Part shown: positions 10,699 through 22,879 of the stretch, in pieces
Layout of the letters: every line of letters begins with the position of its first letter
Position numbering within the stretch: the first letter of the stretch is position 1
NCBI GenBank assembly: GCA_002104905.1
Contig: MCFE01000392.1
Span: 1-64,000 of the forward strand
Source of the DNA: Basidiobolus meristosporus CBS 931.73
Taxonomy: Eukaryota > Fungi > Basidiobolomycota
Direction: 5' to 3'
Length of the DNA: 64,000 nucleotides
Notes under the pieces: generated by a model
The model's input: the letters and a program-made list of their open reading frames with translations, nothing else
Databases searched by the model: none
What the model was told of the DNA's origin: nothing
Translations under genes and position numbers: made by a program

Positions 10699-12492
10699 TC
10701 AGATATTGTTTGAGTCCACACCACAGAAGGTTGCTGTTAGTCCTGGGCTCTCTGAGTATATAGTATACGATGCTGAACTATCAGGGTAGTTCACTGCAGT
10801 TGTTCTTGCTTTTACCTCCCATGGTCTTCCAAGAAGTAATTCAAAGTTAGCCTTTGCACATATGAATACTGGGATCTCATGGGGTATTCCTTCAATGATG
10901 AAAGGGAAGCTGTGAATAATTCCTAAAAGCTTTGATTGCCCTGAGTTGGCATCCTTCATGCTCCAATTGATATTGGTGTCTATGGGCAATAAGTCTTTGC
11001 ATGGTAGTTGTTTCCAAGCCTCCAAAGGCATCACACATATCTCAGATCCACTGTCTATATGACATAGGATTTCTTGATTATGCACAGTTCCTGTAGTTGT
11101 TGCAGTTGCCACTGAGTAGTAGTGTTTCTGGCTTTGATGCAGCTTACTGATATTTTGGCTTCCTTGAACTGTCCTGACCTGGTTGCCTTGAGTTGATTCA
11201 ATTGGATGCTTTCTTATTCTGATATGCTCATCCAGAGTCTTTCTTACAGATGGTGATACACTGAGTAGCTCTCCAACCTTGATTGATATGTTGCTTCCTA
11301 GTATATGACTTGTCAGAGCCTCTGGGGTACCATTTTGCTTGACTCTAGGCTGCATGTGGTAGTTGTTGGCCTTGGCAGACTCTTGTAAAATTAATGGGGG
11401 TGATGCTTTCTTCTCAATCACAACTTCTGGCTCACATCTTGGTACTTTTGTTGCTGGGCCTGGATTAGCCATTTTTTCAGGATGGTGTCTCTTTGAAGCA
11501 TAAATTGAAGCTATATGATCTTGGGCCTCTCTGGGGTCCTCATAGTCAAAGTTCAGAACTTCAGCTGGATCAAAGTAGTCAGGATCTTCTTCTTCATGGA
11601 GGTGAACCTTTCTTGTTTGAGAGGTGACTTGCTTGTAGTGAACTCTCATTCCTCCTTGTCCAAATGCTGTGGATAATTTGTCACCATGCTTACTGACTAT
11701 GTATCCCTGAGGACTATATAGGACATCACCTGTGGATAGTAATGACTGAAGCTCTTGGCAATTTCTCTTGGAATGGTTGGCAGAGTCACACCACATGCAT
11801 GTATATTTGACTTCTTTCTCTACTGGCTTCTGACCATATGCTTTGCTGGCAAGTAGCAAAGAGAGTTTCTCTAGTTGCTGTGTCAGCTCCTGAATTTGAG
11901 TGCTTTGATTGCTGGGATTAAGTATGTCTTGGCTATCTTGGTTTTGTTCTGGGCTTGAAAGAAGCTTTCTGATTGGTGAGGTTTCTTCAGGGGCAAGTAG
12001 AATCTGCTTAGCTAACTGAAATGCAGGCAGTGAACTCATAGCTTTCACAGTAGGATTGTTTTCAATCCTTCTCACCAGGCCTTCTGGTAGTGCTCTGAGC
12101 AGATAGGCAGATAAAGTCAGATCAGTGATAATGCCTTGGGCTGTCAGTGACTCTCCAATTTGCTCAAGGCCACTCAAGTATTCTTTCAATGGTAGCTGCT
12201 TAAACTTGCTATAAGCAAAGTTCTCCAAGTCTTGAAGTGTGTAGTCAACTTGTCTCTCTCCATATTCGTCAATCAAGTAGCTCTTCAAGAGGGTCCAATT
12301 TGTCAGCAGATCATTTCTTTCATATAATGAGAGCATGATCTCATCAGTGCTGTAGGGGGGCATCTCTTCAGCCATAATGGCCTCAGGTATTTTGTGGGCT
12401 CTGCAGAAAAGCTCCCACCTCTTGATGAAAGCTTTAACTTTGGTTCCATCAAAGAAAGGAGTTCCTTGCATTCCTGGTAAAGGTAGATCCAT
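10699..12492 (-). CDS. gag: Gag-protease fusion, 597 aa, uninterrupted
   Basis: CMWCDSANHSKRNC knuckle and HIDSGSEI protease site. Colinear with A gag plus the first part of A pol. Stops just after the protease. Confidence 0.9.
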   Translation of the reverse strand: MDLPLPGMQGTPFFDGTKVKAFIKRWELFCRAHKIPEAIMAEEMPPYSTDEIMLSLYERNDLLTNWTLLKSYLIDEYGERQVDYTLQDLENFAYSKFKQLPLKEYLSGLEQIGESLTAQGIITDLTLSAYLLRALPEGLVRRIENNPTVKAMSSLPAFQLAKQILLAPEETSPIRKLLSSPEQNQDSQDILNPSNQSTQIQELTQQLEKLSLLLASKAYGQKPVEKEVKYTCMWCDSANHSKRNCQELQSLLSTGDVLYSPQGYIVSKHGDKLSTAFGQGGMRVHYKQVTSQTRKVHLHEEEDPDYFDPAEVLNFDYEDPREAQDHIASIYASKRHHPEKMANPGPATKVPRCEPEVVIEKKASPPLILQESAKANNYHMQPRVKQNGTPEALTSHILGSNISIKVGELLSVSPSVRKTLDEHIRIRKHPIESTQGNQVRTVQGSQNISKLHQSQKHYYSVATATTTGTVHNQEILCHIDSGSEICVMPLEAWKQLPCKDLLPIDTNINWSMKDANSGQSKLLGIIHSFPFIIEGIPHEIPVFICAKANFELLLGRPWEVKARTTAVNYPDSSASYTIYSESPGLTATFCGVDSNNI

Positions 12493-12566
12493 GGTCTTGA
12501 TAATTTGTTCTTTCTTAAGTCTTCTAGGGGCAGTTCAGTCAAACCCCCCACGTTGGGTGCTAAATA

Positions 12567-13370
12567 TGTGGTGGTGTAGAAGTACTCCTGGGAGAAGCTA
12601 CACAACTCAAGGTGTGTGAGGTGTCTGATGGGTGTGATAACCTCTGTGTCTAAACTGCTGGTGTCTTTGTCAATATGTCACTATGGTAAAAGCTCCTGCT
12701 TCTCTAGCTTCCTAGGTGCTCCAAGTGTCTCCAAAGGCCTCTGTGTGTCTTGTGCACTACCCTGAAAAGCTCCTTGATGGCAGGTCTGAGATGTACTGTT
12801 GAAGGCAGGTGCAGTGATCAACTGCTAATCAATAAGGTAGAAGTGTTACTGATAGAAGGGATGATTTATTGATGAGGGATTGCTTTCCCTTAAATACTTT
12901 TCCTGATTGCCAAGTGATTACTAATGACAAGGTTCTAGAAGATTCTAGGTATCAGTGGAATTCTTGATGACATCACTACAAGCTAAAAATATGCCAAGAA
13001 TGTCCTGGAAGGTTCTAAAAGTCACAGCACTCTCAACCAATCAGGAATCAGTAGTCTGAAACCTGTGCAACATAGAAATACCATATATGGTATTGAAATG
13101 ATAGAGATGGTAACACAGACCTAGGTCATGTGTCACGGGTACTGACGCGGGTACATGCCTTATATAGATACATCTACTGATCACAAAGCTGAATAACATC
13201 TGGGATAACTAATGCTAATAACTACTCAGGGTAAACATCATATGGGGATAATACTGATAATATGGGCAAAAGAAGAATGGGATAATACTGATAAGATAAA
13301 ATATGGATAAGTATATCATAATGACTATATGAATAAACTTGTCTGTGGGAGGTATGTTTACCCTACCACA
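12567..13370 (-). repeat. B 5' LTR (804 bp)
   Basis: Adjoined on the internal side by tatt-TAGCACCCAACGTGGGGG (minus strand). Confidence 0.95.
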
Positions 13371-13655
13371 CCGGTGTGATAATAGACTACTCCAGAAGAA
13401 GCAAAAGAACCGTCAAAGACACATTCCTGTTGCAGTCCCAGCCCCTCCTGCTCCCCAAGTCACTCCAGAAGATCCTATGCAGATTGATAGTGCCAAATAC
13501 AAGAAACTATCAATGAGTGAAAAGTCCAGACGTCAACAAGCCAACCTCTGTCTATACTGTGGCCAACCAGGTCACTTTGCCAAGTCCTGCCCCAACAAGA
13601 AGTCCAGCTTCAAGCTGATGCAGTCCTCCAGCAACCAACCTGATCCAGATCTGTT

Positions 13656-13700
13656 GGGAAACTCCAATGTCCAGTTGCACTGACAGGCTTGCAACTGGAC
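13656..13700 (+). promoter_or_regulatory. Programmed -1 ribosomal frameshift signal of element C
   Basis: G GGA AAC in the gag frame, a 6-nt spacer, then the 11-bp stem gtccagttgca/tgcaactggac with the gag TGA in the loop. pol is in the -1 frame. Confidence 0.85.
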
Positions 13701-16700
13701 CCACCCATGAAAATCCAGCATATCCAAGAATCTTCCTTTGCCACAAAATCTCTCCAGTCCTTGAGAATGCCTGTCAAAATCCAGATCCCTGACTCCAGTT
13801 CTGTCCCAGTCCTAGCCCTGATTGATTCCGGTGCTTCATCCTGTTTCATTGACCAAGCCTTTGTCCAGAAGCACTCTATTCCTGTTACCTTGAAATCCTG
13901 TCCAGTCCAAGTAGAAGTTATTGATGTAAGATCACTCTCCTCTGGTGCCGTTACCCATGAAACATGCTTACTCCAGCTGTCCAGTACTGCCCACCAAGAA
14001 AGAATTGCCTTCAACATCATCAACTCACCACACTATCCTATTGTGCTTGGAAGCTCATGGCTGAGCTACCACAATCCAAGTATTGATTGGAAATCCAAGA
14101 TCCTGTCATTCACCAGATCCCACCAAGTCAACTCCATGAAATCTCCAGACCCTGATAACCGTGAAAAGACTGTTGCCAACAGTTCTACAGCCCAAGATAC
14201 CTTGCCAGCTGAAGGAGCCCTCTCAGCAAACATACCAGCCAAGTACCAAGAGTTTGCCCATGTCTTTGACAAGAAGAAAGCAGAACTCCTCCCTGACCAT
14301 CGGCCTTATGACTGCCCTATTGACCTTGAAGATGGAAAAGTCCCTCCATTTGGCCCAATATATAACCTCTCCCAGCCGGAGTTGAAAGAACTCCATGGTG
14401 ATATTGAAGAAAACCTCCAGAAGGGTTTTATTCAGCACTCCAAATCACCTGCTGGAGCCCCAATCCTCTTTGTCAAGAAGAAGGATGGCACACTCAGAAT
14501 GTGTGTGGACTACCGTGCTTTGAATAAGATCACAGTCAAGATCCGCTACCCCCTGCCCCTGATCAACACACTGTTGGATCAGCTATCTGCTGCCCAAGTC
14601 TTCACCAAGATTGACTTGAGAGGAGCTTACAATCTTGTCAGAATCAAGCCCGGTGATGAATGGAAAACTGCCTTTCGCACAAGATATGGCCACTTTGAAT
14701 ACAAAGTAATGCCATTTGGCCTCACCAATGCCCCTGCTGTGTTTCAACACCTCATGAATGACATATTCTGTGAATACCTTGACCACTTTGTGGTAATCTA
14801 CCTTGATGATATTCGCATATACTCCAAGAGCCAAGATGAACATGATGAACATGTCAAGAAAGTATTGAGAAAACTAGACTCTGCCGGTCTCTATGCCAAG
14901 CTAGAGAAGTGTGAATTTGACCAGAGAGAAGTGGAATTTCTTGGTTATCTCATCAGCCCTGAGGGAACAAGAATGGACCCAAAGAAAGTTGACTCAGTCC
15001 AATCCTGGAAAACTCCAAGCTCAGTCAAGGAAGTACAATCCTTCCTGGGATTTGCCAACTTCTATCGCAGGTTCATAGCCAACTACTCCAAGATAGTCAC
15101 CCCTCTGACAAAGCTTACCCAGAAGAACACACCTTTTGCCTGGAATGAGGAGCAATCCAGCTCATTCAACCAACTCAAGAAATCTTTCCTGAAGGCCCCC
15201 CTGCTTGCCCACCCTGACCTTGAGAAGCAATTCATAGTGGAGACTGATGCTTCTGATTTTGCCCTTGGTGCCATACTCTCCCAGTATGATGAGGACAATG
15301 TGTTGCACCCCATTGCATTCTACTCTTGGAAGTTTTTTCCTGCAGAGATCAACTATGATATCTATGATAAGGAGTTGCTTGCCATCATTGTAGCCTTTGA
15401 GCAATGGAGACACTACCTGGACGGTGCAAAACACAAAATCAAAGTCTTCTGTGACCATAAGAACCTTGAGTACTTTGCAACTTCCAAAGTACCAAACCGG
15501 AGACAAGCCAGATGGTCACTCTTCCTGTCCAGCTTTGACTTTACTATCACCTATAGACCTGGTACAAAGCAAGGAAAGCCTGATGCCCTGTCCAGAAAAA
15601 AGGAATATGCCCTGAAAGAGGGAGATGATGCCTGTTGGCAAATGGAACACCCATTGCTGAGCAAAAAACATTTTGAGATTCTTGCCACCCAGTCCTCAAG
15701 TCTTGTCATCCCTTCATTCCTAGTAAGGATATCAGAATCCCAAGCCTCTGATATGACTTCCAGCACTATCAAGAAGTATCTGGAATCCCCAGTTGGGCCC
15801 CCTCCCAAGTTCCCAAACATCCAGAACCTGCATTTGGTAAACAACCTCATCTACCACAAGCAGCAGCTTTATGTCCCAGACCTTGCCACCCAGCTAGACA
15901 TCATTAAGTCTTGGCATGATTCAACGGCTGCAGGCCACTTTGGTACTGCCAAAACCTTGAATGCTATCAAAAGAGATTTCTGGTGACCTAGAATGATAAC
16001 TCTTATCAAAGAGTACATTCTGACTTGTGATATTTGCAACCGTGCAAAACCAGCCAGACACCAGCCCTATGGACTTCTTCAACCCCTGCCTATCCCAGAA
16101 CACTAATGGAGATCTATATCTATGGACTTCATTACTGACCTCCCTGAGTCATGTGGCTTCAACACTATACTTGTAGTGGCTGACCGGCTGACCAAGATGG
16201 CTCACTTTATCCCTTGCTGTAAGAACACTGATGCAAAAGAAACTGCTGCTTTAGTCCTGAAGAATATTTTCCGCCTTCATGGTATCCCCAGTGATATTGT
16301 GTCAGATAGAGGCCCACAATTTGTGTCCAAGTTTTGGAAACACTTTGTGCAATACCTTGGTGTTCAAGTCAAGCTCTCTACTGCCTTCCACCCACAGTCT
16401 GATGGCCAGACTGAAAGAATCAACCAGATTCTAGAGCAATACCTCCGGTGCTATATCAATTACCAGCAAGACAATTGGGTTGATCTACTACCTGTTGCTG
16501 AGTTTGCCTACAACAACTCAAGCCATAGTGCAACCGGTTTTACACCATTCTATGCAAACTAAGGATTCCACCCTCAGTTTGATATCCAGATTCCAACAAA
16601 CCCAATGAGCCCACATGCGGCTGAACATGCCCAAGCAATCCAGGACATCCAGAATACCCTCAAGGAAGAACAATCCTTAGCTCAGGAAAGCTACAAGAAA

Positions 16701-17204
16701 TTTGCCAATCTAAAACGGCATTCCAGCCCTGATCTTAATGAAGGAGATTTTGTATGGCTGCTCAGAAGAAACATCAGCACCAACCGCCCTTGTGACAAAT
16801 TGGATTTCAAGAAACTTGGTCCTTTCAGGATCAAGAAGAAGCTTAGCCCTATAGTATATCAGCTACAGTTACCAGCAAGTATGAAAATCCATGATACTTT
16901 CCATGTGTCCCTCCTGGAGCCATATTGTAGGAACACCTTGCCAAACCGGCAAGAAGCAAAGCCCCAAGCTATCCAGGTTGACCAACATCAAGAATTTGAA
17001 GTTAAACAGATTCTAGACTCCAAGTATATCCGGTCAAAGCTGTACTACTTAGTAGACTGGATTGGTTATGGCCCAAGTGACCAAACATGGGAACCAGCTA
17101 CACATCTCACTAATTGTCAAGAACTAGTTACCCAGTTCCACCAACAATATCCTGCAAAACCTGCCCCAAAGGGAAACAGAGCTTCACCTGGAAGTGGAGA
17201 ATAG
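13689..17204 (+). pseudogene. pol: Chromovirus Pol (PR-RT-RH-IN-chromodomain) with in-frame stops
   Basis: LIDSGAS, YLDD, ETDASDFA, MDFITDLP, SDRGPQF, GPF and EFEVKQILDS...YLVDWIGYGPSDQTWEP. Stops near 15984, 16105 and 16560. Confidence 0.92.
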
Positions 17205-17726
17205 TGTCATGATCACATGACAACCATGAACACCCATGCCAAGTTTCAGCTTCCTAGCTCAATTTCTAAGAGAATCCTTTTGGAACCTTCTACCACCTTC
17301 CAGAAAGTTCCTGACCATTCCAAGCCATTGTTACACAATGGAACATTCCATGGAAGCTTTCCATCGTATTTTTCATAGTCCAGTACCATATATGGAAATA
17401 CCAGGTCACATGACTTAGTCACATGATCAGGTGACCCAATCCATTTCCCCATCCTGTCTCAGTGCCGTGTCATCTATGTTATTATCCCCAGCACCATTGC
17501 TGTGCCTCACCCCACAACCCCATTAGTATTAGCTAATATCTCTCGGCATCAATATAGCCAAAAAAGTATATATAGTCCTATCCCCCCTTAAGTATTCCTC
17601 AGTCTGATAAACACAGGTCTTGAATAAACAGCCTTGCCTTGAATCCTGCCTTGCCTTGATGGTCCACACCTAAGTCCTTCCCTGCCGTGCCTAGCTTTTC
17701 CTCCTGCCTTGTGTCTATTCATAACA
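17205..17726 (+). repeat. C 3' LTR (522 bp)
   Basis: TGTCATGA...TCATAACA after a purine tract. CCATATATGG at 17386-17395 and TATA-like/AATAAA motifs. Homologous to 22880-23407 and 60760-61049. Confidence 0.85.
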
Positions 17727-18261
17727 GGCCGCCTATTACATCCAACCCAACATTTCATCACCTAGCTGATTACCCACACATTGAGGCTGCTTGGCTACTT
17801 AATGCCAATGACAGAGGTGTCTCCATATGCTTATCACACCTTGGTATTTTCCAACTGTTGCTGGCTGTCCTCCCTGTGCCAACTTATCACACCCATGACA
17901 GACTTGAAGATTTTATTCTTGACAAGATTGTGATAAGAAGGTACTTGCAATTAGACTTGTCTTTCTATCAGCCCACACACTTTATCATTAGTAAAGAGAT
18001 AGTGTTGAAGAGCAGATGCATTGCTCCCAGTGGAAAGCTTTTGCTCCAGCAGAGTCCTACTGTCTTAGATATCTTAAATTTTGATTTATCCCATATTCTG
18101 GTCTATGGCTTACAGAGTGCTTGCCTTACTGCAAATGCCTGTTGACCTCTATATGATCCCTCTGTAATAGGATGCTGTCTTAGTGATGATGTATCAATAA
18201 TAAAAGCATGTTTGAGTTATGGAGTAAATGCCATGGATCTCACACATATGATAGCAAAAAC
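17727..18261 (-). pseudogene. Family G transposase remnant
   Basis: Reverse-strand homolog of pieces of 28130-29160; internally deleted. Confidence 0.7.
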
Positions 18262-21060
18262 TGCTAAAATATGGGACTAATTGGTATTATTCAGCTGCTA
18301 AAAGCTTACTTGACAATTCCAGACTAGTTGAAGTTGTAGTGTAACTAACTAAGAGCTGTAGGTTTGCCACTTTCTTTCAGATCCATGATCCTACAATTAT
18401 ATCCCTACAGTTAAGATCAAATTGGCACTTTTACCAATTGCTATGTACTAACCCAAAAATTGTTACAGAAGGCTGCTGAATGTTGAGAGCCTCTCCTTGC
18501 TCATTGTTGCAGCTTTATTACTTCTGCAAAGTTATCAACATTGAGCTTCTTCATGAACAAACAATAGTTCAGCAATTATTGATATTTTCCTAAAGTTCCT
18601 ATATCCATAACACTTCTCAAGTTGCAAGAGGAAAGCCTCAATTGCCTTAATCTACTCTAAACAGAGACATCTATCAGCAAACAAAACAACAAAGACATCT
18701 TCCCTGCAAAGGAGAGACTTGATGGAAAGACCTACAGACTCTGGAGAATCTAGAAGCAAATCTACCTAAAGAAACAATGATGTGAAATGTAGTAAGAGGA
18801 ATAGAAGTTAAGCCCAAAGTAACAGCAGCAGAGGTCTAGATATTTTAAGAGAAGGATTGAAAACTTGTCTAAGCAATATGTATCAATATGCAAGATTCCT
18901 TCATTGGGCAAGTCCATGCTGCTGATGCAGCCAAAGCGGCATGGAGATCCCTAGAGAAGATCTCCAGAGCAAAGTTGGTGTCAAGCAACCCTTATTTATA
19001 AAGAAAACTCTTCTAGGTGAGGAAGAAGCCAGAGGATGACATGCCTCAGCTGATTATCAGAATGAAGATAATTGCAGAAGAGTTTTACAGCTTTGATGTG
19101 GGTATAGATGTTGAAGTAAATGATAGCTGTCTGCATTGCAAATAAGAAAAATATGTGCCACTCATACTTTCTTTTGAAAGCAGAGAAAACAATCTGACAC
19201 AGACTCTATCATAAGAAGACTACTCTGTGAAGAGATCAGACATAGTGACCAAGCACAGAAAGATGAAGATAATGCTTTATTCAGAGCAGAATGACACATA
19301 GAAGGAGGGAAAGCAATACAGCCACAGAGAACATGGCTGCTGTAACTACTGCAAGTAGCTAGGACACAGGGCAAGGAAATGCAAGAAAAACAAGCACACA
19401 AAAAACCAAAATAGAGCATACAAGCAATATAACCACAGATGAACAGTTATTTGAGACTGCACAAGAGTGCGCAAGTAACAACAATAATGAAAATACATTG
19501 ACTCTGAAGCAGCACATCATATTTGTGGTACCAGGGGGTGGTTCAGCAGCTTGAAGACTATTTGTCAAAGAAAGCCTCATTGGAGATACAACACTTTACT
19601 AGAAGCCACTGCCAGTAGGCATTGGCAGTTAAAAACAAGTGATATTACAGGGGTACAGCAGCAAGACTGATCAATGTACTCTATATTCCTGCAATAGCTA
19701 AGAACTGACTCTCAGTGGGTAAAGCAAATACTCAGGGGCTGAGATTTGCTTTTACCCAGCAGATCTGCTTAATAATGAGTGATAATGGTCAATAATTTAC
19801 TTTTGGAATCACAAACTGTAAAAGTGATAATGCAAGAACATTATACCTGTGGATGTCAACATTGCTGAAACTGATGAAGCTAAATGTGGGTTATACCATC
19901 AAAGGCTAGGAAAGAATGGGGAACACAAAATGAGCCAACTGGTGAAAATTAAATAATTTTTTGACTTGACTACTCCATTCTAATCCTACTGAATGTCTGG
20001 AAGGGATCCTCATATGGCAAACAAGCTAAGCAAGGTTTTAAGAGCTCAGGAGGCACTAATACTGCAAGAATATTGCCTTGTGTATACTGAGATATATGTA
20101 GGCCCTATTGAAATAATAAAGAGTAATATTGGAAGTGAAATGGTGAATTAGTAGATTGGCATGAAATTCACTTGGTGAATCATTGAGTTGTAACAGAGTA
20201 TTAATACTTATTGCAGAACTAGTCAAGTGCAACTCTATGTGCATTATTAGGGGAGACTCAGGAGTAGATGGGCCAAGTTTTAGCTCATTAATACAAGTAA
20301 CAAATTCTCCTCAAATTATGTACTTCACTAACTTCTGATAATTTGCTGATATCTTACAAATCAATTTCTCAGTTTATAATCTGAAATATGTCATTTAGCT
20401 AAGTGCTAGTTCATAATATACTAATTATTAGATAGACTCCTAATACTTCAACAGGACCATGAGAACAATGTGCTTTGGAGCTAAGAGATATTACACAGCA
20501 TATAGTGAAGACAGGACAAAATATACAAGGGTGTACTACATAAAGACAAAGAATAAGGCACTAGATGAGCTCAAGCACTTCAAGTACATGGCAGAAATGC
20601 AAACTGGGTGTAAATTGAAAGCATTTTAGAGTAACTATGGAGAAAAAAAATGCTCCAAGGAATTTGCAAAATACTGTTCACCTACTGGTACATTTCAGCA
20701 CACCACTGTACCATATACTCAACAGCAAAAAGGAGTAGGTGAACATGCAAATAGGACTTGAGCAGAGAAGGGACAATGTATGCTACATACTATGCAAATG
20801 GGCAACATGTGTTGGGCTGATGCTGCTGCTACCACACTATTCAATGAGAATGGATGTCTCACAACAGTACCCCAAGATTTTGCGCCCTTTAAGGTGTATA
20901 CAGGGAGAAACACAGACCTCCAGCACTTCAGGATCCTTGGTAGTGACTTCTTCAATCAAATCCCTGACAAATGTACTCAGAGTTGGATCCAAAAAGTAGT
21001 AACAGGATCTTTCTTGGCTATTAGGAGGATTCTCAATATTACATATTGTACAATGGTAAG
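18262..21060 (+). mobile_element. Old degenerate Copia related to family D (5' LTR, gag, PR, integrase)
   Basis: 18262-18629 aligns to the D LTR, and the following sequence aligns to 37650-39730 with many stops. Confidence 0.8.
20106..20453. repeat. Solo LTR (348 bp) inserted in the Copia integrase remnant
   Basis: tattgaa...ttcaaca ends and ggccc/ggacc flanks. The host sequence rejoins as the SDICGPMRT motif. Confidence 0.75.
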
Positions 21061-21079
21061 TTTGGTAAAAGGCTACATA

Positions 21080-21761
21080 ATGTAACTTGTTTTCTGGAGC
21101 AATCCCCTTAACCTTGAAAGCTTTTTCAATCTGGAAGAGCCAAGTTCCCAGGTTTTGATTGACTTTGCCATGGTATTGATTGACCTTCAAACCAAATTTG
21201 CTCTTGACAGGGTTTTGCTGGCTTTGGGCCATGGTAGTCATTCCTTGCTGTTGCTGGCTTGGATCTTGAGTAACTTTTGCTGTTGGGCCAGGATTTGCTG
21301 CATAGCATTCTTTCATTCATGATTTTTGGACATCTTAAGGGAGGCTTCTTCTTTCTTAAGGAAGGAGGTTTCTGATTATTGCTGCTACTAATGTTACAAG
21401 TCTTGGTATAAAAGTTGTAGAGGAATAAGGAGTTTAGCTAGTATTGTACTCACTAAAACTTGAGCTCACTTTTATTGAAGTTCCAGCAGCTTCTTATATA
21501 CATTTTGCCAGATCAGCTGTTGACTAATTGTGCTTTCCCAATGTAGGTTATAGCTAATGACTCATTTGATTGCATGATCATCACCAAATAATATCTTACT
21601 CAACATATCTATTCCTGTCTGGTAATGATCTGCTGCTTCATTTGCTGACTAATGCTACTGATCTGATAGATGATACTGATATATTGATAGGCTATATATA
21701 TATTAAATTGATTTGATTAATAACTAATCTAACTTAGACATTCAAGTAGCAGATCATAACA
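21080..21761 (-). mobile_element. Truncated relative of family E (5' LTR 21392-21761, PBS, gag start)
   Basis: Aligns to 35710-36375. Confidence 0.85.
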
Positions 21762-22879
21762 CATATGCCAAGAAACTGATCAGAATTCAGCCAAAACTCA
21801 AGCCAAAAAGTGTAAAATGCTTTTTTTAGGCTATTGTAAAGTGAGTAAAGCAAACATACTGTACAATGCCAGAGCAAAGAAGCTTCTCAAGTCTAGGGAT
21901 GTGTTATTTGATAAAAACTCAAAATTTTCACACAAAATGAAATTAGATGATAATCAAAATTTGATTGCAAGTCATCCAGTGGTCATGATTGAATCAGAGC
22001 AAATCAATAAAGTTGTCTATACTTTGAGGGAACTTACAATTGTGGCTCAGCCTGAATCAGTGTCCAAAGTATCCCAGCAGTGCTCATTCCAGTATTACAA
22101 TTCAGGCAATCCAACAAGACCAGAAAGAGCCCATATTATTACATTAATCAGGCTAGAAACTTAATATATGCCAATTCAGTTTGTATTGATGAGCCCCAGA
22201 CGGCAAAAGAGGCCATAAATAGCCTTCAGAGAAAATATTGAAGATCTGCAATGACTGGGGATTCTCAGGTCCTGATAGAGAATCAAAGTTGGGACTTGGT
22301 CAAGTTACCAATCAACTAAGTATTATATGGATGCCAATGGGTCTTCAGGACAAAATGTGAGTACTAAATGTACTACACATTCTTTGCCCAAGAGTTCTCC
22401 CCAGAGTCCTACCCAAAGTCCCCCAGTATCCTCCCTATGATTCGCCTACATATCCTCCCTCCTATTCCTGCCCTTATCTAGTTAGAACACTTACCATAAC
22501 AGGAAGGTACTCACACCCCTATTTTATAACACATTATCTATCATCTAAGCCCCCCCAAGTGATATATATATACCTATCCAACTGAACCAAGTGAAGGGAC
22601 AAGAGGATTTGGATGGAATAAACACAAGTCTTTATTACCTTGCTACCTTGTATTGGAAGCTATTCTAAACCAAGTGGTACTGACTTGACCTACAAGCTCT
22701 CCTGCTCACCAAGTACAGTCAGTAACAACTCACACAAAATACAAGGCTGATGGTAAAACCATGAGATACAAGGCAAGACTTGTGGTCAAAGGGTACTCTC
22801 AAACAAATGGATATTACAATGCTGAGATCTTTGCACTGGTCACCAAGTTTAATTCTACTAGATGATTATTGGCTGTTTC
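21762..22879 (+). mobile_element. Degenerate Copia family F remnant (late integrase to RT start)
   Basis: FLGYC..LYNARAKKLLKSRDVLFD. Aligns to 42480-43150. Confidence 0.75.
22356..22734. repeat. Solo LTR H (379 bp) with CAAAA target duplication
   Basis: TGTGAGT...ACTCACA terminal inverted repeat. caaaa at 22351-22355 and 22735-22739. The host rejoins as WVF(R)TKYKADG. Confidence 0.85.

Larger units (their letters stand above)
9754..13370 (-). mobile_element. Non-autonomous gag-protease-only LTR element B with CCGG target duplication
   Basis: 804-bp LTRs with no difference seen by eye. ccgg at 9750-9753 and 13371-13374. PBS at 12545-12562 and PPT at 10558-10570. No RT, RH or IN. Confidence 0.95.
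9369..17726 (+). mobile_element. Chromovirus-type Ty3/Gypsy family C; 5' end missing, interrupted by B
   Basis: gag pieces lie at 9369-9753 and 13375-13683 and rejoin as EAMHQAIRCDNRLL. pol runs 13689-17204 with a chromodomain, followed by a PPT and the 3' LTR. Confidence 0.93.
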
